DNA of 27,589 nucleotides, from positions 1 through 27,589 of IMG/VR virus record IMGVR_UViG_3300037308_000286; one strand, written 5' to 3'. Within the stretch, counting starts at the first letter, position 1, and each line of letters starts with the position of its first letter. The notes below the pieces were generated by a model that was not told the origin of the DNA, searched no databases, and saw only the letters and a program-made list of their open reading frames with translations. Below, piece after piece: positions 15,656 through 23,627 of this stretch. Both the position numbers and the translations under genes were made by a program. The stretch comes from a virus (lineage: Duplodnaviria > Caudoviricetes).

Positions 15656-16323
15656 ACAGAACCTTAATTTATTACACCGCTAATTTGATTCCAGAACCGT
15701 TTGCAGAGAAGGTTAGGGCCAGATTACAATCTCAAGCAGATAAGTACGGACTTCCAATTATATCTGTTTCGCAGAAACCTTTAAATTTTGGATATAATAT
15801 CTGTGTCGGCGACATTGGAGTTTGTAACTATAATGTCTATTGGCAGTTATGGCAAGGAGTTAAACTTGTAGAAACAGATTGTATAGTCTGTTGTGAGGAC
15901 GATGCTGTGTACAGTGATAGCCATATCCTGCACCATCCTCAATCAAAGGATGTTTTCTTCTACGATTGGAACAGATACATTATAGACAAAGATGTTTTCT
16001 GGCATAAAGACAATAGAACGGTTATGTCGATGTGTATTGCCTCGACTAAGTTAATGTTTGACACATTAAAAGAAAAGTTTGAGAAGTATCCTTCTAAGGA
16101 CACTGATAAATGGAAGTACTTTGGTGAACCAGGTAAGTATGAAGGGCATTTAGGTCTTACCATAAGGGAGAAGCAATTCTTTACTGCCCCCGACCCAAGC
16201 ATTACATTCAATCATAAAAATAATCTTGGTGGGAGGAGAAAAAGATATAATACAGATCCTTCTGCCTCAGAACTTCCATATTGGGGTAAGGCAATAGATC
16301 TCTGGAAGGAGTTCTATGGTTAA
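15652..16323 (+). CDS. Divergent GT-A-fold glycosyltransferase-like protein
   Basis: IVCCEDDAVY (EDD motif); paralog of the C-terminal domain of 20510..22288; ATGA overlap start. Confidence 0.7.
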   Translation: MNRTLIYYTANLIPEPFAEKVRARLQSQADKYGLPIISVSQKPLNFGYNICVGDIGVCNYNVYWQLWQGVKLVETDCIVCCEDDAVYSDSHILHHPQSKDVFFYDWNRYIIDKDVFWHKDNRTVMSMCIASTKLMFDTLKEKFEKYPSKDTDKWKYFGEPGKYEGHLGLTIREKQFFTAPDPSITFNHKNNLGGRRKRYNTDPSASELPYWGKAIDLWKEFYG

Positions 16324-17440
16324 TTTAGCATTTTTTTACAGGTGGACCTCTGGAAGTGGAAAAATTAGAGGAAAGCAGATGGGGCGCTACCTTAATGCTA
16401 AATTAGGTCCTAAACGGGGGTACTCACAAGATATTTGTATTTATGTAAAGACAACTCCTCCAGATAACTATCCCAGGAATACGTATTTGGATATTGTTGA
16501 TGGAATGGAAAGAGTAGCATGGCTTTTACAGCACCCTGATGTAGGAGTTATTTGTATTTCCAAAGTACAGTTGGAATATCTAACGGAGAAACTAAAAAGG
16601 AACGACCTTATTTTTATTCCTGAGAACCATTGTAACTACCTACGGGAAAAAAGAACACGTACAGAGGTAAATACAGTAGGATTTATAGGACGCCCTGCTG
16701 GGATTCAGTATGACATTGAGGATTTAAGAAAGAGACTTTCTGAGATAGGAATGATACTCCTTGTGGAAACAGTTTATCCAACAAGAGAAAGCGTGTGTGA
16801 ATTTTATAAAAAGATAGATATTCAAATTGTGTGGCGTACAGGATGGAAGGGTGCTCATGAGATGATGAGGAATCCTTTGAAGTTATGTAATGCTGGATCT
16901 TTCGGTATCCCAACCGTAGCCTATCCTGAATTATCGTATGTAAGCGAATTTGACGGATACTTTTTGCCTGCTACTACGATAGATGAGTTTATTAGCCAAA
17001 TAAAGAGGTTAAAAGAAGATAAAGAGTTATACGAAGATCTAGCACAGAGAAATATAGAGAAGTGTGAAGAATATCATATAGAAACGGTAGCTAAAAAATA
17101 TAAGGATTTAATTAAGCTATATAAGGAGGGTGTGATGAACGTCGGAATCCGCGCCAAGTTGCTAGAAAAGGAAGTTACAATAGATGGGAAGAAAAGACAG
17201 ATTTATGGCTTGGCTAGTTTTAATGTTTCACCACGTCCCAGGGGATTAGGAAAAGTCCTCTGCAGGGAATTTGACCGTCTTGCTCAGGAAGATGGAAAAT
17301 ACTGTGTTATAGGATTCGCTTTTGACGAAGTTGCAGGATTTTATGAGAAGTGCGGGTGGTATAACTGTGGGAAAAAGGATAAGAAAACCGCGTATAGTAC
17401 CCGACCTATAAAAACCTTAGAGTATGATGGAGAATGGTGA
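16316..17440 (+). CDS. GT-B-like glycosyltransferase fused to a C-terminal GNAT acetyltransferase-like domain
   Basis: VGFIG, NPLKLCNAGSFGIPTV (GT4-like motif); C-terminal V.PRPRGLGKVL (GNAT motif A) and FYEKCGW (motif B). Confidence 0.75.
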   Translation: MVNLAFFYRWTSGSGKIRGKQMGRYLNAKLGPKRGYSQDICIYVKTTPPDNYPRNTYLDIVDGMERVAWLLQHPDVGVICISKVQLEYLTEKLKRNDLIFIPENHCNYLREKRTRTEVNTVGFIGRPAGIQYDIEDLRKRLSEIGMILLVETVYPTRESVCEFYKKIDIQIVWRTGWKGAHEMMRNPLKLCNAGSFGIPTVAYPELSYVSEFDGYFLPATTIDEFISQIKRLKEDKELYEDLAQRNIEKCEEYHIETVAKKYKDLIKLYKEGVMNVGIRAKLLEKEVTIDGKKRQIYGLASFNVSPRPRGLGKVLCREFDRLAQEDGKYCVIGFAFDEVAGFYEKCGWYNCGKKDKKTAYSTRPIKTLEYDGEW

Positions 17441-18516
17441 TGATCCCCTTATTTAAAGTTTTTATGGCAGGTGATGTTCTCGATTTTCTCACTCCTGTCC
17501 TTTTCTCTGGGTATATTGGGGAAGGGGAAAAGACAAAGGAGTTTGAGGAAGAAATAGCTATGTTTATTGGAAATCAAAATGTTGTGTGTACCAGCTCTGG
17601 AACATCTGCTTTAACCATAGCATTGAGATTAGCAGGGGTTGGATATAGGGACGAAGTAATAACGACACCTATGACGTGCTTAGCTACTAATATGGCTATC
17701 CTATCGTTAGGGGCAATTCCCATTTGGGCAGATATCTTGACTGATGGAACAATCGATCCAAAAGATGTTGAAATGAAGATTACAAAACGGACGAAAGCTA
17801 TCATGTGCGTGGACTGGGGCGGATTACCTTGTAAGTTGGATGAGCTTGATTTTGGTTTTCCTGTAATTGAAGATGCTTGTCAATCCCTAGGAGGTACCTA
17901 TGGTGGAGTTCCTGTTGGAAATAGTGCTGATTACGTGTGTTTTTCCTTTCAAGCTATTAAACATATTAGTACAGCTGATGGAGGAGCTATTGTAATACGT
18001 GACCCAGAAAAAGTTAAAGAAGCAAGACTTATGAAGTGGTTTGGGCTGGATCGGACAACAAGCACGGCCATGAGATGCCTCCAGGATCCTCCAATGTGGG
18101 GGTATAAAGCACAAATGAACGACATCCTTGCGGCGATAGGGTTAGCCAATATAAGGTGGCTTCCAGAGATTTTACTTAAAACTAAATCCAATGCTGATTT
18201 TTATAACTTTGAATTAAGGAAGGCTAAAAACGTACTTCTGCCCCCGTTAGACCCCGACAGGGAATCCTCATATTGGTTGTACACCATTTTGGTAACCGAT
18301 GCTGATAAGTTTATCGAGTATATGGGGAAAGCCGGGATTGAGTGTTCCAAAGCACATACTAGGAATGACGATAAAACAATATTCCAGCCTTACAGACTTC
18401 CCTTACCAGGTACAGACTATTTTGATTCGCACCATGTGTGCATTCCTGTAGGGTGGTGGCTTAGCGAGACTGATCTTAGCTACATAGTGGAGGTAATAAA
18501 AAGGTATGGGAAATGA
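17434..18516 (+). CDS. DegT/DnrJ/EryC1/StrS-family PLP-dependent sugar aminotransferase
   Basis: SSGTSAL, DEVITTPMT, IEDACQSLG, FSFQAIKHISTADGG (PLP Lys). Confidence 0.95.
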   Translation: MVMIPLFKVFMAGDVLDFLTPVLFSGYIGEGEKTKEFEEEIAMFIGNQNVVCTSSGTSALTIALRLAGVGYRDEVITTPMTCLATNMAILSLGAIPIWADILTDGTIDPKDVEMKITKRTKAIMCVDWGGLPCKLDELDFGFPVIEDACQSLGGTYGGVPVGNSADYVCFSFQAIKHISTADGGAIVIRDPEKVKEARLMKWFGLDRTTSTAMRCLQDPPMWGYKAQMNDILAAIGLANIRWLPEILLKTKSNADFYNFELRKAKNVLLPPLDPDRESSYWLYTILVTDADKFIEYMGKAGIECSKAHTRNDDKTIFQPYRLPLPGTDYFDSHHVCIPVGWWLSETDLSYIVEVIKRYGK

Positions 18517-19147
18517 GGTTCAGTATATTCTAGACAAATATAAGATTGATAGGGTATCTCGTCATACCATGCCTCTTCAAATTCCTAATGTTGGGAGAGA
18601 CGATCTAGCTAAATTATTTTATGAATTAAACTATACCATTGGTGTAGAATTAGGAGTTCAGGAAGGACGATATTCAGAAACTTTATGTCAAAGTAATCCT
18701 AATCTTATGTTGTACTGTATTGATGCCTGGAAAGCTTATAAGGGGTACATCGACTTTACCAATAAGGCAAGGCTAGAAAGATTTTACAACCATGCATTAA
18801 AAAGGTTGTATAAGTACCCGTGTTTGGTTATGAGAAGGTTTGGAAAGGATGCAGTTAAATACTTTGATGATGGTTCTTTAGATTTTATTTACATTGATGC
18901 AAATCATGCATTCGAAGCGGTAACGGAGGATATTAAAATGTGGTATCCAAAAATAAGATCTGGAGGTATTATTTCCGGGCACGATTATCTTGATCAGAGA
19001 CCTGAGTTACAATATGGAGTGGTTAAGGCAGTGAATACCATGGTAAAGGAATATAAGATAAGGCCTTGGTTTGTACTCGGCCGAAAAGAGATTATACCTG
19101 GCGAGATTCGTGATGCTGCTCGTTCCTGGTTTTGGGTGAAGCCATGA
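18506..19147 (+). CDS. Class I SAM-dependent methyltransferase (Methyltransf_24-like; candidate sugar O-methyltransferase)
   Basis: VELGVQEGRYS, CIDAW, LDFIYIDANH, GGIISGHDY motifs. Confidence 0.9.
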   Translation: MGNEVQYILDKYKIDRVSRHTMPLQIPNVGRDDLAKLFYELNYTIGVELGVQEGRYSETLCQSNPNLMLYCIDAWKAYKGYIDFTNKARLERFYNHALKRLYKYPCLVMRRFGKDAVKYFDDGSLDFIYIDANHAFEAVTEDIKMWYPKIRSGGIISGHDYLDQRPELQYGVVKAVNTMVKEYKIRPWFVLGRKEIIPGEIRDAARSWFWVKP

Positions 19148-19812
19148 TGATAGCGGTTATTTCAGCCAACTTAGGAAATTTTGACCCTGTCGTAGAATAT
19201 GTTAAGCAAAGCGTTCCATGTGATACATTCCTGTTTACGGACGACTCTTTCCCCCCAAGGGTGTCCTCTATGCTCCCGAGGCTCCAGGCAAGGATTCCAA
19301 AATGCTTTGGGTGGCAAATGGTTCCTGACTATGATTACTATCTTTGGGTGGATAGTTCTTGTGCTTTGCGACATGAACATTCTGTTGTGTGGTTTTTGGA
19401 ACATTGTCGGGGAGCGGATTTTGCCTTTTTTAAACATCCGGAAAGAAATACCATCCATGAGGAGTACGAATTTTTAAAGAAGAAAGTTGGGGAAAAGAAT
19501 AAGTATCTTTACCCAAGATACTACAACGAACTTTTAGAAGAACAAATGAGGGAGATTGAATCAGATCCTCTTTTTATTGATGATAAACTTTTTGCATCAA
19601 CCGCATTTATTTACAAGAATAAGCCAGAAACAAGGGCTATGCTTAAAGAATGGTGGTATCATATTTCACGGTATCATACTATTGATCAACTTGCTTTGCC
19701 GTACGTACTATATCGGTCCAAATGTAAGGCAAATATAATCAATGTTAATTATCTCAAAACTCCTTATCTTACCTATACACGGAATGGCAAATGGAGGAAA
19801 AATGAAAATTGA
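19144..19812 (+). CDS. DUF616 (TOD1/MUCI70-like) glycosyltransferase-like protein
   Basis: FTDD, AR.PK, YDYYLWVDS, FKHPER..I.EE, EWW and DQLALPYV motifs. Confidence 0.75.
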   Translation: MMIAVISANLGNFDPVVEYVKQSVPCDTFLFTDDSFPPRVSSMLPRLQARIPKCFGWQMVPDYDYYLWVDSSCALRHEHSVVWFLEHCRGADFAFFKHPERNTIHEEYEFLKKKVGEKNKYLYPRYYNELLEEQMREIESDPLFIDDKLFASTAFIYKNKPETRAMLKEWWYHISRYHTIDQLALPYVLYRSKCKANIINVNYLKTPYLTYTRNGKWRKNEN

Positions 19813-20500
19813 TGTAATTACCATAGTTCGGAATGAGCAATATATGATTAAGTATTTCCTCAGGCACTATGAGCAATTTGCAGAAAGGATTTTTATTTTT
19901 AATGATAGATGTACTGATGATACAATGAAAATTGCCGAATCTCATCCAAAGGTTAGACCCTTTCCTGCCCCTTTTAAAAATGGGTTTACAGAACAGGAAT
20001 TTTCAGAGTGTTTTTATGATGCCTACCATTTGTATAGCCGAGGACATGCTGACTGGGTAATGTGTGTTGATTGTGACGAATTTGTTTATTACCCTTGGTT
20101 GTCTGATTCCTTAGAAACAGCAAAGGGTTTAGGAGTAAAAGGTATTAAACCTTATTGTTATTTTATGGTCTCAGAAGTTCTCCCTACTACAAACGGTCAA
20201 ATTTATGATGAATGTAAAGAGGGAGTAAGGGTAGAACGTTTTGATAAATTAGCTGTTTTTAATCCAAACATAGAGTTAAAATATGGTGACGGACGGCACA
20301 CGGCAACCTATCCAGAAGGGACAAAGGTCTTCCAAGGGCTTTTTCTCCTTCATTTTAAATACCCATCGCGCGACTATTTTATAGAAAAGACAAAAATAAA
20401 CTTTGAGGGAATGCCGAATAAACAGGATTTAGAGTACAGACTGAGGAGAGGGCTCAGATGGTATAACTGGGCATTAAAGAAGAAAACTAAAGTCATTTAG
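19802..20500 (+). CDS. GT2-like glycosyltransferase (Glyco_tranf_2_4-like)
   Basis: VRNE..MI..FLRHY, NDRCTDDT, ADWVMCVDCDEF (DxDE), GRH and LHFKY; GGAGG RBS supports ATG 19802. Confidence 0.85.
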   Translation: MKIDVITIVRNEQYMIKYFLRHYEQFAERIFIFNDRCTDDTMKIAESHPKVRPFPAPFKNGFTEQEFSECFYDAYHLYSRGHADWVMCVDCDEFVYYPWLSDSLETAKGLGVKGIKPYCYFMVSEVLPTTNGQIYDECKEGVRVERFDKLAVFNPNIELKYGDGRHTATYPEGTKVFQGLFLLHFKYPSRDYFIEKTKINFEGMPNKQDLEYRLRRGLRWYNWALKKKTKVI

Positions 20501-20509
20501 GAGGGCGTA

Positions 20510-22288
20510 ATGGATTTATCAGTTATCATCCCGGCCAGGAACGAGATGTTCCTTGTTAAAACAATCGAAAACATTTTGGAGAATATGGAAGGGGACACAG
20601 AAATTGTTGCTATTTGTGATGGGTATTGGCCGGATAAAGGGATACCTCACCATCCTCGGGTAAATGTTATTCATTATGAAGAACCGATAGGGCAGAGGGG
20701 AGGAACAAATGTTGGGGCAAAATTCTCAACAGCTAAATATATAATGAAGGCTGATGCTCACTGTGCTTTTGATAAAGGATTTGATGTAAAACTCATGGCT
20801 GATTTAGAAGGACATTATGATTGGACAATGGTACCACGCATGTATAATTTGCACGCTTTTGATTGGGTGTGCCCAAAATGTGGAGATAGAACATATCAAG
20901 GCCCAACTCCAATAAAGTGTGCAAAGTGTGAAAATACAGAGGGCATTTATAGAGATATTGTATGGCAACCAAGATTGAACAGACGCTCAGACTTTATGCG
21001 CTTTGATAATACTATGCACTTCCAATATTGGGGTGAATTTGAAAAGCGTCCTGAAGGCAAAGGTGATATTTGCGATCTCTTATGCCATGTCGGTGCTTGC
21101 TGGATGATGCATAGAGAGAGGTATTGGGAATTAGGTGGTATGGATGATGAAGGGCACGGCTCTTGGGGACAAATGGGTGTAGAAGTTTCTTGTAAAACAT
21201 GGCTGTCTGGAGGAAGGCAGGTTATAAATAAGAGGACATGGTATTCTCACATGTTTAGAACGCAAGGGGGGGATTTTAGCTTTCCTTATGATATCTCAGG
21301 AAGGCAGGTAGACAGGGCGAGAAAACATTCAAGGAATCTTTGGATGAATAGCACATGGCCTTTGGCTAAATATGATTTAACCTGGCTCCTTAAAAAGTTC
21401 TGGCCTGTTCCCACATGGACCGAAGAGGATTTGAAAAAGATTAAACCTCTGGACAAATCTCACCCTATCGTAGAAGAAAAGTTTGAGCTTGTAGATGCGA
21501 TTGAGACACCTGCCGCATCAGAAAAAATAGAAGTTAAAGAATTAGAAGTTAGAATAGAACCGCCCTCAATCAAGGTTGAGAAATCCACTCTTCGAAAGGG
21601 TATAGTTTATTATACAGATAACAGGCTAGATGAGAAAATAGCCAAAGCGGCACAAAGGCAATTAATCCGGGCGGCGAATGGTATTCCTATCGTCTCCGTT
21701 TCTCTCAAGCCTATAGACTTCGGAATTAATATAGTTATACCTTTTGAGCGTGGACACCTTACAATGTTTCAGCAACAGTTAATTGGAATCGAATTAAGTG
21801 ATTGTGATGTTATCTTTTTTGCTGAGCATGACATGTTATATCATCCGAGCCATTTTGAATTTACTCCTCCAAGAAAGGATGTGTATTATTTTAATGAGAA
21901 TACGTATAAGGTTGATGCGTTAACTGGACAGGCTTTATTTTACTATACAAAACAAGTTTCCGGATGTTGCTCAGACAGGCAACTCCTCTTGGAACATTAC
22001 AGGAAAAGAATCGAAAGATTTAAAAAGGACGGGAAGTATGATAGGAACATCGGCTTTGAGCCTGGGGCGCATTCCTATCCTAGGGGTATAGATATGGTTA
22101 AGTCTGAACGGTGGATGTCAAAAGTACCAAACATAGACATTCGCCATAACTTTAACCTTACTAAAAGTCGTTGGAGCCAAGATGAGTTTAGGAATAAAAA
22201 CACATGCCTTGGTTGGATAATGACTGATGAAGTACCAGGGTGGGGAATTACTAAGGGAAGAATGGACGAGTTTCTCAATAAGATCTAA
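20510..22288 (+). CDS. Two-domain glycosyltransferase: GT2 with Zn-ribbon insertion plus a second GT-A-like domain
   Basis: LSVIIPARNE, MKADAH, CPKC...CAKC insert, acidic linker, then YYTDN...FFAEHDMLY domain. Confidence 0.88.
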   Translation: MDLSVIIPARNEMFLVKTIENILENMEGDTEIVAICDGYWPDKGIPHHPRVNVIHYEEPIGQRGGTNVGAKFSTAKYIMKADAHCAFDKGFDVKLMADLEGHYDWTMVPRMYNLHAFDWVCPKCGDRTYQGPTPIKCAKCENTEGIYRDIVWQPRLNRRSDFMRFDNTMHFQYWGEFEKRPEGKGDICDLLCHVGACWMMHRERYWELGGMDDEGHGSWGQMGVEVSCKTWLSGGRQVINKRTWYSHMFRTQGGDFSFPYDISGRQVDRARKHSRNLWMNSTWPLAKYDLTWLLKKFWPVPTWTEEDLKKIKPLDKSHPIVEEKFELVDAIETPAASEKIEVKELEVRIEPPSIKVEKSTLRKGIVYYTDNRLDEKIAKAAQRQLIRAANGIPIVSVSLKPIDFGINIVIPFERGHLTMFQQQLIGIELSDCDVIFFAEHDMLYHPSHFEFTPPRKDVYYFNENTYKVDALTGQALFYYTKQVSGCCSDRQLLLEHYRKRIERFKKDGKYDRNIGFEPGAHSYPRGIDMVKSERWMSKVPNIDIRHNFNLTKSRWSQDEFRNKNTCLGWIMTDEVPGWGITKGRMDEFLNKI

Positions 22289-22388
22289 CTCCTTGTAATT
22301 GGAGGAGGATATGATATTGTTGATGACTTAATTAAATCGTGTTCCAATATATAATGTAAAAGAAACCGAAACTTCTGGAGGTACATCT

Positions 22389-23627
22389 GTGAAACGATAC
22401 CTTATACCTTTTTTTGTAGCCTTTTTATGCTGTCTTCCCTTTATTTCGTATAGTCAGGACTTTGAGTATACTAAAGTCACTGAGCTTTCGGAACTTACGA
22501 CTCCTGCGACGTCTGACTTGTTCTATATTGTGTCTAACCCAGACACTGCCCCCGCAAGTAGAAAGATGACTATCGCAAGACTTTTTGGTATTGATCTGAC
22601 CTTAAGTGGCAATAATACATTTACAGGAACGGCTATATTTAAGAACACATTTACCCTTCAGAAGTCGGACGGTACTCCTATTATAGTTTTTCCAGATGCT
22701 GCACCTACGGTCGGAACACAATTACTTGCTGTTGCAACTTCAGGAAACGCTTCGTTTTTTGAGACACCAGAAGGGTGTTTGGTTAGCGGTGGGTCTGGAG
22801 GTGTAACAACCTGTATAGGTGCTTCTGGACTATGGGCCTTAATCCAGCCGTCAGTTTTTTCTACTACTATTACAACAGGCCAGATGATATGTGGAACTAA
22901 CACAGACGGAGTAATAACGTTAGAATCGTGTGGGACAACTCCAGAATACACAGAGCCAGCAACTAATCTTCCGATTTGTCGTACTGGGTCAAATACTATT
23001 GGAGCTTGTACCAATTTAACAGATGTTGTTGCTGCATCAGCATCCTCAACTACCACATTTACAAATAAAACAATGGATGTAGAAGCTACAGGGAATGTGG
23101 TAACAATCCCAGAGAAGGTATGGCTTGCAGCTGCAGGATGTAATAACACCACCGCTTCAAGTTTCTGGGATTTACCTACAACAAATGCACCGGCTCCAAC
23201 ATGTGCAACTGGAACAAATACTCAAAAGGCGACGTTAGATTTTGATGCATCGACTGACGAGTCCGCACAAATTCATTTGATGCTTCCTTCAGATTTTAGT
23301 GCATCTGGTAATTTAGATGCAGTTATTAAATGGTATGCTGCTGCGACATCTGGAAATGTTGTGTGGGCAATTCAAACTTCTTGCGTAGCAGACGCAGAGA
23401 CAGATGACCCAGGTTGGAATACAGCTTCAACAGTAATCGATACTGCAAAAGGAACTACTTTGCAAATTAATGATGCTTCTATTACTAACATAACAAAAAC
23501 CGGGTGTGCTGCAGGGGAATTGATGCACATTAAACTATATCGCGATGCTGATGATGGAACAAACGATACAATGACGGGCGATGCAAAACTTATTGGAGTA
23601 GAAATTACGTATAGGAGAGCAATGTAA
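22389..23627 (+). CDS. Thr/Ala/Cys-rich beta-structured protein with signal peptide; fibre or appendage-like
   Basis: GGAGGT RBS and GTG start; hydrophobic N-terminus; ITELS-like VTELSELTTPATSD, LSGNNTFTG and TTFTNKT motifs reminiscent of phage fibres. Confidence 0.6.
   Translation: MKRYLIPFFVAFLCCLPFISYSQDFEYTKVTELSELTTPATSDLFYIVSNPDTAPASRKMTIARLFGIDLTLSGNNTFTGTAIFKNTFTLQKSDGTPIIVFPDAAPTVGTQLLAVATSGNASFFETPEGCLVSGGSGGVTTCIGASGLWALIQPSVFSTTITTGQMICGTNTDGVITLESCGTTPEYTEPATNLPICRTGSNTIGACTNLTDVVAASASSTTTFTNKTMDVEATGNVVTIPEKVWLAAAGCNNTTASSFWDLPTTNAPAPTCATGTNTQKATLDFDASTDESAQIHLMLPSDFSASGNLDAVIKWYAAATSGNVVWAIQTSCVADAETDDPGWNTASTVIDTAKGTTLQINDASITNITKTGCAAGELMHIKLYRDADDGTNDTMTGDAKLIGVEITYRRAM

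Noticed and set aside
14714-22288. Cluster as a DNA hypermodification system or host O-antigen locus
   Set aside because: No base hydroxymethylase, nucleotide kinase or replication genes nearby, and no wzx/wzy/ABC exporter. It is disfavoured but not excluded.
22300-22356. GGAGGAGG + 6-codon ORF (MILLMT) and a TATAAT at 22350 as leader peptide or promoter
   Set aside because: No matching -35 box or attenuator structure; the evidence is too thin.
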